A stretch of 64,000 bases of DNA. It comes from Bacilli bacterium. Its GTDB lineage: Bacteria > Bacillota_I > Bacilli_A > RFN20 > CAG-826. Location: NCBI GenBank assembly GCA_045628045.1, contig JAZQOV010000011.1, positions 68,912 to 132,911 of the forward strand. Reading direction: 5' to 3'. The notes below the pieces were generated by a model. It had not been told where the DNA came from, did not search any database, and was given only the letters and a program-made list of their open reading frames with translations. The translations under genes were made by a program, and so were the position numbers. Shown here one piece after another: positions 1 through 10,100 of this stretch; position 1 is the first letter of the stretch, and the number at the start of each line of letters is the position of its first letter.

Positions 1-146
1 ATGCTCCTGCTAGAATTTCTAACAAGAACTTCTTAATCACTAACGTTAATTCAGTGACAGTGGTTACTGCAATTATAGTGATGGTTGGAGCTATGTCAGT
101 AGGTGCTTATTTCTTCTACAAGAAAAGAAAATCTGATGTAGAATAA
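1..146 (+). CDS. 3' fragment of a surface protein; C-terminal TM anchor plus basic tail (…FFYKKRKSDVE*)
   Basis: Open frame 3 enters from the window edge and stops with TAA at 144-146. It has a hydrophobic helix followed by KKRK, the same C-terminal anchor architecture as the large surface proteins downstream. Confidence 0.45.
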   Translation, partial: APARISNKNFLITNVNSVTVVTAIIVMVGAMSVGAYFFYKKRKSDVE

Positions 147-162
147 GAAATAACACAAAAGT

Positions 163-193
163 AAAAAATACTTGGGAATTCCCAGGTATTTTT
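163..193. terminator. bidirectional intrinsic terminator between convergent genes
   Basis: ATACTTGGG-aatt-CCCAGGTAT hairpin flanked by an A-run and a T-run. Confidence 0.5.
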
Positions 194-208
194 CATATTT
201 AATCGATA

Positions 209-1210
209 TTATTTATTTGTCTTAACTACTCTATTTATTAGTCTTGAAGCAGGGATTGATAACTCAATAAGTACAAGTGAAGCAGCTCCAGAATAGATAA
301 GAGTATTAAGCAAGTTTGAATTACTTATTTCATCTTTAATTACAAACTTACTAACAATGTATCCAATTCCAAGTCCTAAGATAAGACCAAGGGTTACAAA
401 TAAGATTAAGTAGTAGCGGAGACCTTTATATTTCTCTTTTCCTTTTTTATATAAAGAAGAATATACAGCGTAATAATTAATTCCTATAAATATAAATGCA
501 AGTGCTAGAAGGAAGATGTATGCATCATCACTAGTGAAGATTTTATACACTCCAACAAAGGCACCAAATGAAGCAAATAAGCTAAATACCAAGATAAAGA
601 CATAATCTAAGCTTAATAACTTAAACTTTCTTCCTTTTGGTTGGAATCTACCATTATTAACAACGTTCTTAGTTTTCTTTGCTTTTCCAAGTGATAACTC
701 ATATCTTGAAATATTAAGCTTCTTTTCACGTGATCTCTTTTTAGAATCTTGATTTGCAATTACTGGGAATTTTACTTTCACATTTGCGAGGTTCTCAAGA
801 GGGATTTTGATTTCCCCTAAATTTGAGAAGACGACGTAAATTGGTTTATATTCATTTAAAATTCCAAGTAATTTTTCAATTTTTCTAGTTTGTGATTGTG
901 GAGTTGGATTTAGGTTATCTTTTAATTTCTTAATCTTCTCAATGATTTCAACACGAATTTCTTCAGTTAATTCATTTGAGAAATTCACTAAAAAGGAACC
1001 TGTATCTTCTAAGTTAATTTTGAATTGAATGACATCAGAAATTGGCAAATCATTCATTGATTTGATAATCAATGAACTCTCTTGGTTTTTGATGTTTGTC
1101 TTGAAGAGATCTTTCGTTAATTTTGAGTCTTGAGAAATATAAAATTTGTTCTCAAAAATATATTCTTCACTTTGATCTCTAAATTTAAGTATTAATTTGC
1201 CGTTTTCCAT
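209..1210 (-). CDS. hypothetical membrane protein (N-terminal soluble domain, C-terminal multi-TM region)
   Basis: 333-aa ORF. Hydrophobic helices lie in the C-terminal third. No recognisable catalytic motif. Confidence 0.55.
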   Translation of the reverse strand: MENGKLILKFRDQSEEYIFENKFYISQDSKLTKDLFKTNIKNQESSLIIKSMNDLPISDVIQFKINLEDTGSFLVNFSNELTEEIRVEIIEKIKKLKDNLNPTPQSQTRKIEKLLGILNEYKPIYVVFSNLGEIKIPLENLANVKVKFPVIANQDSKKRSREKKLNISRYELSLGKAKKTKNVVNNGRFQPKGRKFKLLSLDYVFILVFSLFASFGAFVGVYKIFTSDDAYIFLLALAFIFIGINYYAVYSSLYKKGKEKYKGLRYYLILFVTLGLILGLGIGYIVSKFVIKDEISNSNLLNTLIYSGAASLVLIELSIPASRLINRVVKTNK

Positions 1211-1310
1211 ATCAATTATTGTAGAAGAATATTTATTGTCTTTCTACTATTTTGTGTCAAAAATAAAATTTTTGCTTGTTTTATATAGATGTGGTGCTAC
1301 TATTTACGTA

Positions 1311-4300
1311 ATGAAAAATAGAAATTTTCTAAAAAATTCTATTCGCTTATTACTCCCTTCTTCGCTTGTTTTGGGTGTACTTTTTGGTGTTTCAAAAGGA
1401 CCAGTTAAAAAGGCTGATGCTTATACTAAAGATGGTCAATTGGCTACAAAAATTGATTTAAAAGATAGTACTGAAGAAGAAATCAAAAACTACTATTCAG
1501 ATTTAAACGGTTTAGACGCTAATCAACTTCAGGGAAATAACCTTCTTAAAAATTTAAAGCCAATTCTTAAGAATGGTCAAAAATATTTCGCTTATGATAG
1601 TAGCGGCGATGACTTATGGAAGATGTATGAAATCATTGATAGAGACTGGGTTAAGTCTCCTGCAAGTGAAATTTCAGGTTATGATCCTTCTACTAAAATA
1701 ATTACTGGTTATAAGTATGGCACTTCTTCTACAAATAAAGGAACAAACCCTTACATTCATGCACTTTATGTAGATAGAAACGTTGATAACCAAACTAGAG
1801 CTTGGGACGATCACCAACAAACTCAATGGGGTATAAACAGAGAACATATATGGCCAAAATCACAAGGTTTTGATGCTGAAGGCGCTGGAGGCGCACGTGG
1901 TGACCCTATGCACTTGTGGGCAGGAAACGGCCGTGTCAATGGAACCGAGCACAATAACAATATGTATGGTTTTGTTGATAAGTCAAAGTCTTATACAAAT
2001 CCATATGATGCAAAAGGATTTAAAAATCTTAGAGATAATTATTCTGGAAAATCTTTAACAGTCCCTTCTTCAACTGATACAGTTTTTGAACCTCAAGACT
2101 CAGATAAAGGCGATATTGCTAGAGCAATTTTTTATATGGTCGCTAGATACAACAACATTGCAGGTAATGACTCAACAATTAACCAAGATAATCCAAATCT
2201 TGCTTTAAAGCAAACCACACAAGCATTAGCAAAGTACACAACTACATCTAGCAACAAACAAACAGGCTACATGGGTCTAATGACCGACCTTTTATATTGG
2301 AATCACTTAGATCCTGTTGATGAATTTGAAATTCATAGAAATAACCTGTTATTTAATAACTACACACATAACAGAAACCCATTTATTGATTACCCAGAAT
2401 GGGCAGACTATATTTGGGGTAAGCCAGTTTATAACGGAAGAAACTATGTTTCATATAGTTCGACACCAACTGGATCTGTAAATTTATCAACAGATGTTAT
2501 TAATGGATTTAAAGGTGAACAACCTCAACAAGTTACAGTAACATCAATTGAAATTACTAAAAAACCAACGAAGTTGGTTTATAATTCTGGTGAAACTTTA
2601 GATACTGCCGGAATGGAAGTTAAGGCTCATTTGAGCAATAACACCACAAGAATTCTTTCTGCAAGTGATTATGCAGTTACTCCAAGCGGAACATTAAAAA
2701 CAACTGATACACAAGCAACTATTACATATGAAGGAAAGAGCGCTAGCTTTGCTATCGCTGTTAAATCTAGTGGTGGATCAACCACAACGCCAGCTGTTGT
2801 TGGCACTGTTTTGTTAGAAGAATCTTTTGCAGATTTTAAAGCTAATGATACTCCGACAAAAAATGGTAGTAGTACTACTGTTTATAACAATGCAACAGTC
2901 ACATATAAATGTAATGATGGCGGATCAGCAACAAAAATTTATAATGAAACTAATGCAGGGGGAACGTCTCCTGAAATTTTAATTTCTAAAAATAACGGAT
3001 CATTTGTTATTTCTAATGTGCCAACAGGAAACGCAACAGAAATGACTCTTACTTATAAAAGTAATAATACAAATAATAGTGTTAATACTACTTCTACAGA
3101 TTATTCCGTTTCTGGTTCGCCTAAAAATTATACTTTTTCATTAAAAAGCGGATGTACTGCTCCTGAGACCATATCAATTTCAATTGATAACTCTAAGGGC
3201 AGCAATACTAGAGTTGACGACATCAAACTTGTGGTTAAAACCGCTGGCACAAGCGGATCGACAAATGTAGATGTTTCTTCAATAACTTTAAATAAAAATT
3301 CAGCTACAATGGAAATAGGTACTTCAGAACAACTATCTGCAACTATAAGTCCAGATGATGCAACAATCAAATTAGTGTCCTGGTCATCATCAAATTCTTC
3401 TGTTGTTGAAGTGTCTGATGAAGGCGAAATTACCGCAAAATCCCCAGGAAATGCCACAATTACTTGTTCGGCCCTTGATGGATCTGGCGTGACTGCTACA
3501 TGCACTATAACTGTAAATGCGCCTGTAACGTTAGAATCGATTACATTATCTGGTGAATATTCAACAGAGTTCTATATTGGAGATCCATTCTCCTCAGATG
3601 GACTTGTTGTTACCGCTAATTATAGTGATAACACTCATATTGATGTCACAGACGACGTTGAAATTACTGGTTATGACATGGAAAGTGAAGGAACACAAAT
3701 TGTTACAGTTTCGTATGGTGAAAAAACAGCAACGTATACAATCGAAGTTAAAGAAAAGGGTCTTGCATCTAATGAAATTATGTTCATTGCATCGCAACTT
3801 GGTTTAGTTAACGGAGATAACCTTGAATCATATACTGATTCTATTGCAACCTTAACATTTGTTAAAAATTCTGGAACACAACCAAAATACTATAGTTCAA
3901 ATTCTTCTTTCCGTGTTTATGCAAAAAATAGTTTTACTATTGTAGGAACAAAAAACATAGCAAAGATTGAATTTGAGATGACTTCTACAGATTATGTTGG
4001 AAGTAACCCTATTACTGCAAATGTAGGAACTTTTTCTAGCAATGTTTGGACTGGTGAAAGTAGCTCAGTAACATTTACAGTTGGCGGATCAAATGGTCAA
4101 AGAAATATTGTTAGTATCAAGGTTACTTATGATGAAAGTTCGGCAGATGTAAAAGTATTATCTAGTGTTAGCTTAAGCGGTACATATAAGACCGAATTCT
4201 TTAGAAACGAAACATTTACATCCGAGGGATTGATTGTGACTGCACATTACACTGACGAAACATCAGCTGTTGTAACTCCAGAATCTATTTCGTCACCAAC

Positions 4301-6611
4301 AATGACTACAACTGGCACAAAGGATGTCACCGTTTCATATAGCGAAAACGGCATAACTAAGTCCGCAAGTTACACTATTCAAGTAATTGCGATTGTTGCC
4401 ACCTCTATTGAATTAACAGGAAATTTCAAAACTGAATATGAAGTTGGAGATACTTTTTCTACTTCTGGAATGACAGTAGTTGAGCATTTTAATAATGGTA
4501 CAACTGCTAATCATAACCCGTCATCATGCACGATTAGCGGATATGACTTAAACGTGCCAGGTAAGCAAACTGTTACTGTTTCCTATAATGGTAATTCTAC
4601 ATCTTATGAAATTATCGTTAAAAGCAATGGAAAAATAATTGAAGAAAGATCCGTTTCATTAAGCATAGCAACATATGCTGCAGCTAACAGCTGGGCCAAT
4701 GATACAAAATATTCAACAATTAATGCTAACTCGGATATAACATTTACAGCAGCAGGTGGAGGTAATACCGGAAAATATTTTACATCCGGAAATAACTGGA
4801 GATTTTATCAAAACGAAACACCAACCCTAACAATCTCATGCCCATCTAAAGGAGTCATTAAGTCTGCTAAAATAACATATACAGTATCTAATACTGGCAT
4901 TTTAACTTTTGGCTCTTCAAATATAAAATCGGATGAGACAATATCTATAAATGCACAAAGTGCAGTTTTTGGTGTAGGAAATACAGGAATAGCAACTAAT
5001 GGTCAAGTGCGCATTACAAATATTGATGTTCTCTACGAAATAACAATAGATGATAGTGGTAAAACTTTAGAATCAATTTCTCTTTCTGGTGAATACACAA
5101 CCTCATTTACTGTTGGTGATGAATTCTCCTTTGGGGGAACAGTTACCGCAACATATTCTGATAATACAACTGAAGATGTAACTAGCGAAGCAACATTTAG
5201 CGGTTATGATCTTTCAACTTCTGGTGATCAAACAGTTACAGTCGCCTTTGATGACGTAACAACAACATATGGAATTATTGTAAATGAGATAGATCCAACC
5301 GCCTCATTGACTTTAAACTTTGATTTAACGAAGAATCCAGGAAATTGGCCGACAGAAAACTCAACTGCACTAACGAATTATTCATATTCTTTAAAAGGAA
5401 CAGACTACACATTTAGTCTTAGGAATGTTAAATGTAATTCTGGTTATCTTATGCTTACTAAAACAGCAATTTTAGGTCTTCCAGCAATTAATGGTTATAA
5501 ATTAACAACTATTGTTGCAAGCAATTCTGGTGGTTGTTCAACATCTACAAACGTTGGTGTTTCCTCATCCACAGATGTTGCAGATTATATAAGCGGTGGT
5601 GAAGCTATAAAATGGGGAACTCAAGGCTCTACATATACATATGAGTTGGCTGAAACACAAAGCAATACCATGTACTACTTAATTGCAACGAATGCAAATG
5701 CTCAAATTGTTAATCTTGAATTAACTTACACACCTTTTGTTGAAATTAATGCAAATGAATACTCTTTAGTAACAAATGTCAATGAATTAAGAACTGGTGA
5801 TGAAATCATTTTTACCGCATATCGTAATACTAATAAAACTGCTTATACAATGAGCAGCGAATATGGCGGCCATGTTACTGCATCATCATTAACATTTGAT
5901 TCTGAGAAAATGATAGCCAATGAGGATTCTATGTCTTTCATTATTGAAAGAACTGGTAATAATTTTAGATTTAGGAATTCCTCCGGCAATTATTTATGTA
6001 CAACTAAAAAAGACACTGGCGGATCAGGTTTTGAAAGTGGCACATTAACAAATAAATCATTGTTCAATCTTTCATATGAAAATGATGTTATGAATGTTGT
6101 TGGCGTTTCAGAAAATACCGACTTCAAGGTTTTACAGTTTAACTATGCTACTGGAAGCCCACGTTTTGCGTTCTATCAAACAGCAACACAAACCCAGGTT
6201 TCTATTTACAAAAAGACAAGTCAGATTTATGCTGATTCATGGGCAAAATCCTTCTTAGAAAGCACAGATCACTGTAATGTTTCAGACTGGTCAGCATTAA
6301 AGTCTTCATACAATAATTTACAGGACATCGTAAAGGAAGAAATTTCTAGTGTCGAAGCTAATGCTTCTACTGACTATTCATTAAGAGCTCAAGCAATGGC
6401 AAGATATGATTACATGCTTGCTCGTGGTGATATTGACCAAGCAAATAATTTCATTTCTGAAAGAGGTGTAGCAGGTCATAGACCAGTTCTTATAGGTTCA
6501 ATTCTTTTGGAAAATGATAATACACTTTTGATTGCAATTATCTCATTAGTTGGAGTGTCTATTATTGGTGGTTATTTCTTTGTGAAACGCCGCAAAAATG
6601 AGGAATTATAA
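1311..6611 (+). CDS. giant membrane-anchored extracellular nuclease: Endonuclease-I family domain, Big_2 domain, 5 or more ~85-aa Ig-like (group 3-type) repeats, C-terminal TM anchor
   Basis: Signal peptide MKNRNFLKNSIRLLLPSSLVLGVLFG starts at the ATG at 1311. The track's 1197 start lies upstream of the signal peptide. NREHIWPKS and DPMHLWAGNGRVNGTEHNN match the Endonuclease I (EndA/Vvn) EH…P and DLHxLxPAxGxVNxxRSN motifs. Repeats such as SITLSGEYSTEF…YTIEV occur. The C-terminus is …LLIAIISLVGVSIIGGYFFVKRRKNEEL. Confidence 0.75.
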   Translation: MKNRNFLKNSIRLLLPSSLVLGVLFGVSKGPVKKADAYTKDGQLATKIDLKDSTEEEIKNYYSDLNGLDANQLQGNNLLKNLKPILKNGQKYFAYDSSGDDLWKMYEIIDRDWVKSPASEISGYDPSTKIITGYKYGTSSTNKGTNPYIHALYVDRNVDNQTRAWDDHQQTQWGINREHIWPKSQGFDAEGAGGARGDPMHLWAGNGRVNGTEHNNNMYGFVDKSKSYTNPYDAKGFKNLRDNYSGKSLTVPSSTDTVFEPQDSDKGDIARAIFYMVARYNNIAGNDSTINQDNPNLALKQTTQALAKYTTTSSNKQTGYMGLMTDLLYWNHLDPVDEFEIHRNNLLFNNYTHNRNPFIDYPEWADYIWGKPVYNGRNYVSYSSTPTGSVNLSTDVINGFKGEQPQQVTVTSIEITKKPTKLVYNSGETLDTAGMEVKAHLSNNTTRILSASDYAVTPSGTLKTTDTQATITYEGKSASFAIAVKSSGGSTTTPAVVGTVLLEESFADFKANDTPTKNGSSTTVYNNATVTYKCNDGGSATKIYNETNAGGTSPEILISKNNGSFVISNVPTGNATEMTLTYKSNNTNNSVNTTSTDYSVSGSPKNYTFSLKSGCTAPETISISIDNSKGSNTRVDDIKLVVKTAGTSGSTNVDVSSITLNKNSATMEIGTSEQLSATISPDDATIKLVSWSSSNSSVVEVSDEGEITAKSPGNATITCSALDGSGVTATCTITVNAPVTLESITLSGEYSTEFYIGDPFSSDGLVVTANYSDNTHIDVTDDVEITGYDMESEGTQIVTVSYGEKTATYTIEVKEKGLASNEIMFIASQLGLVNGDNLESYTDSIATLTFVKNSGTQPKYYSSNSSFRVYAKNSFTIVGTKNIAKIEFEMTSTDYVGSNPITANVGTFSSNVWTGESSSVTFTVGGSNGQRNIVSIKVTYDESSADVKVLSSVSLSGTYKTEFFRNETFTSEGLIVTAHYTDETSAVVTPESISSPTMTTTGTKDVTVSYSENGITKSASYTIQVIAIVATSIELTGNFKTEYEVGDTFSTSGMTVVEHFNNGTTANHNPSSCTISGYDLNVPGKQTVTVSYNGNSTSYEIIVKSNGKIIEERSVSLSIATYAAANSWANDTKYSTINANSDITFTAAGGGNTGKYFTSGNNWRFYQNETPTLTISCPSKGVIKSAKITYTVSNTGILTFGSSNIKSDETISINAQSAVFGVGNTGIATNGQVRITNIDVLYEITIDDSGKTLESISLSGEYTTSFTVGDEFSFGGTVTATYSDNTTEDVTSEATFSGYDLSTSGDQTVTVAFDDVTTTYGIIVNEIDPTASLTLNFDLTKNPGNWPTENSTALTNYSYSLKGTDYTFSLRNVKCNSGYLMLTKTAILGLPAINGYKLTTIVASNSGGCSTSTNVGVSSSTDVADYISGGEAIKWGTQGSTYTYELAETQSNTMYYLIATNANAQIVNLELTYTPFVEINANEYSLVTNVNELRTGDEIIFTAYRNTNKTAYTMSSEYGGHVTASSLTFDSEKMIANEDSMSFIIERTGNNFRFRNSSGNYLCTTKKDTGGSGFESGTLTNKSLFNLSYENDVMNVVGVSENTDFKVLQFNYATGSPRFAFYQTATQTQVSIYKKTSQIYADSWAKSFLESTDHCNVSDWSALKSSYNNLQDIVKEEISSVEANASTDYSLRAQAMARYDYMLARGDIDQANNFISERGVAGHRPVLIGSILLENDNTLLIAIISLVGVSIIGGYFFVKRRKNEEL

Positions 6612-7072
6612 TGAGCGAGATTAAAGTGCTTGTTAACAATTCCAAAGCAAAATTCCTCTATTTTTTAGAGGATTTTTTGGAATGTGGTATTGAACTCAAG
6701 GGTTCTGAGATTAAATCAATTAGGCAAAATGGCGCATCATTAAGAGACTCATATGTCATCTTCAAAAATGAAGAAGCATTCATCTTAAATATGAACATTG
6801 CTCCTTATGAAAATGGTAACAATTTTAATCATGAACCAAATAGAACTCGTAAGCTTCTTCTTCATAAGAATGAAATACTTAAATTAGAGAAGAAGGCTAA
6901 AGAGAAAGTTATGACTATTGTGCCTACTAAAATTTACCTCAAAAAAGGCAAAGTTAAAGTAGAGATCGCTTTAGCGAAAGGTAAGAAATTATTTGATAAA
7001 CGTGAGACCATCAAAAAGCGTGATGATGAACGCATGATGGCAAAGATGAAAAAGGGATTCGAAAGACAATAA
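6611..7072 (+). CDS. smpB: SsrA-binding protein SmpB
   Basis: Full-length 153-aa protein with the typical SmpB sequence (…GIELKGSEIKSIR…LLLHKNEILKL…). Confidence 0.95.
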   Translation: MSEIKVLVNNSKAKFLYFLEDFLECGIELKGSEIKSIRQNGASLRDSYVIFKNEEAFILNMNIAPYENGNNFNHEPNRTRKLLLHKNEILKLEKKAKEKVMTIVPTKIYLKKGKVKVEIALAKGKKLFDKRETIKKRDDERMMAKMKKGFERQ

Positions 7073-7179
7073 TGAATCTCTTTTTTATCACTCATTATTA
7101 ATAAATTAATAACTAATTGCGCGCAAGCGGATTCACTTGCTCACGCACGTATAAATAAGTAAAATATTCCTAATTAATT

Positions 7180-10100
7180 ATGGAAAAAAAGCACAAAATA
7201 TTTTCTTCGATAGGCATTTCTGCGATTGCACTTTTCTCTCTCGTTATTGCAGAACGTGGAATCGATGGATCTTTTTTGTCTGCAAAATTTCGTAATGTAA
7301 GTCAATACGGTTTATCACTTAATTCATCAAACTCATTTGCTGGTGGTAGTGGAACCAAAGTTGTTTATACAAATGGTAGCAATCCAGTTACATTTTCATA
7401 CACTTCTTGTTCTTCATTAAGTGGTGGACACGTAAAAATTAATGAAAACGGAACAATTGCTAACGAAGATCATATTAGATCTATAACTGGTGTTACACCT
7501 GTTTTTACATGCTCCAGCGAAGCAACTAGTTTTGAATTTAGAGCATCATATGATAAAGAAACTTGGGGTCAATGGGGGTCTTTAGCAAGTGGTAAAACAC
7601 GTCAATTTGAATCTGGACCTTATTACTTTGAATTTAAGGCTATTAATGGAGCAGTTAATTTAACTTCTCTTAATTTTGAATATTCATGTGAAAGAAATTG
7701 GACTGTCGAACCAGAAGGTGAAGATAGTGGAACTAAAGAATTTGTGAAAGTTGCATCTGCTTTGGATGACTATGCTGGAACATATTTAATTGTTTGTGAA
7801 TCAGAAGGTGTTGCATTTGATGGTTCTTTAACTAAATCTACAAGCACAGCGATTAGTGCTTCAGGAAATAAATTCGCTGTCACAATCACTGATGGAAAAA
7901 TTGCCTATACAGACGATATTGCTAACAAAGTTTTTGAAATTACTGATGACGGTGAAGACTCTAGTGGTAATATGACTTATCAAATCACATCACATTCGGG
8001 ATATAAAATTACAAATACTGCTGATAGCAATTCTATGAGCGTTTTAGATGTTGATGATGATACAGACTATTATAACTGGATTGGTTTTTGTGATAATGAT
8101 GGATCAGATAATGATTTCTATATTAAGGGAAGCGGAGGATCTTATTTAAGATACAATTCATCTAATACACAGTTCAGATATTACAAATCATCAACTTACA
8201 AAGGACAAGCAGAAGTTTTCTTGTATAAATTATCAAATGGATCTGTCCCGATTGGAATTCCAGAATATGAAGCAAAACTTCAAATAACTGATAATAATTC
8301 CGATAACTATATTTATGGTCATTCATTAAGTGAATCATTTGGAACTGAAGATTTTAAAGCATCTGTTTTAATGTCTAACGGAACTGAAACAGCCATTGAT
8401 CCAAGCCAATTAACTATTGATATTGAAAAAGGTGGTGCACATTATGCATCTAATACCGCGCTTAATAGCGAAGGCACTTATAACGTTACAATTTCATATG
8501 GAGAATTAGCTCCAGTTAAATATCAAATCACAGTAAGTAAGATTGCTGTTGCATCTGTTACTTTTGATAAGAGCTCATTACGCTTGAAACCATCAGAAGA
8601 TTACACACTTACTGCAACTGTATTACCAGAAACTGCATTTGACAAGTCTTTGACTTGGACTTCTACAAATAATTCAGTTGCGACAGTTTCTACATCGGGT
8701 AAAGTTACTGCTGTAGCTGATGGAACTGCAACAATTAAGGCAACCGCAAATAATGGTATATATGCATCTTGTGAAGTTACTGTTGCTTCAGCAGGACTTG
8801 TTGATCCAGGAATGCAAGCAGCTTATGAAGCAGCTATTGCTTTAAGCAATTCCTCCGAATCTAACAGTTCGTATGAATTTACTGGTGTTGTAGTTGGCAC
8901 AAGAACATCAGGATCAAATAAAGATGTGTATGTCCAAAGTGGCGATTATGCACTAGACGTTTATAACAGTGGAAAAACGATGGCTTATAAAGATGAAGTC
9001 ACTGTAAAATCCACATTAACAAAATATTCTGGAATTCCTGAAACAAAGACCATTAAGTCGTTCACAAATAATGGTCAATCAGTGTTGCCGCAAGCAAATG
9101 TAATTAATTCTGCATCAGATTTAGCTGATGCTAAGATTAATACATTATTAAATGCATCTGGAACAATTAAAACATTAAGTGCTTCAGGGTCGAGCATTAC
9201 GGGTTCAAACGATGTTACAATTACTTTAACTACATCAAATGGCGACATTGCTGTTTTTGCAAAGAAGAATTCCTATAGCGGAATAAAGACAACTCTCCAA
9301 GGATTTAAGGTCGGAGATATCATGAATATCGAAAATGGTATTAGAGGTATTTACAATACAACTGACCAAGTTTTACTTGTTTCAGAATCAGTTGTTACAA
9401 AAGGTACTCCAGTACACGTTGATGTTACAGGAATTACAGTTTCTCCAACAAATGTTGATGTCAACGTTAATAGCACAACAACATTAACTGCAACAATCGC
9501 ACCAGCAAACGCATCTAATAAAGGTGTTGTTTGGTCTTCAAGCAACTCAAATGTCGCGTCTGTTAATCAAAATGGTGTTGTTTCAGGTCATATTGCAGGA
9601 CAGTCTGCAACTATTTACGCAAAATCAGCTGAGAATAATTCAATTTCGGCTTCATGTACAGTTAATGTTAAAGCAATATCAGTTCAATCCGTGTCTTTAG
9701 ATCAAAATACTGCAACTATAGCTATTGGTGAAGAATTGACATTAACTCATACAATCTCACCATCTACTGCATCTAACCAAAATGTAACATGGTCAAGTAA
9801 TGATCAATCTGTTGCAACTGTTAGCAATGGTGTTGTTTCGGCGTTAGCTGAAGGTGAGGCAACTATTACAGTTAAGACTGATGATGGAAATCACACAGCA
9901 AGTTGTGTTGTTACTGTTACTGAAAAATCAGCAGTAAAAGAATGGGTTTTAGTTACTACGGCATCACAATTAATTAAAGATAACTTATATGTTATTGCTT
10001 GTAATTCTAAAGGCACAACTGCCGGAGATATTAGCAGTTCAATCATGGCTTCATTAGGTTCTACTTTTAGCAATGACAAATCAAAAATTACAACATTAAA

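Noticed and set aside
1197-1310. The track's longer N-terminal extensions of the 1804-aa ORF (start 1197) and of the 13402 ORF.
   Set aside because: The extensions overlap the convergent upstream gene or a structured leader. Recognisable signal peptides begin at the internal Met at 1311 and at 13501.
1870-3807. Short internal or antisense ORFs inside the giant surface-protein genes (1870-2058, 3128-3505, 3553-3807, 3594-3797; likewise 9351-9545, 9891-10079, 12041-12289).
   Set aside because: They are fully embedded in long, well-supported coding frames with clear domain content. They are typical shadow ORFs.
7073-7179. Expected tmRNA (ssrA) next to smpB.
   Set aside because: The intergenic space is only ~108 nt, with no tRNA-like acceptor/T-arm sequence. 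ssrA must be elsewhere.
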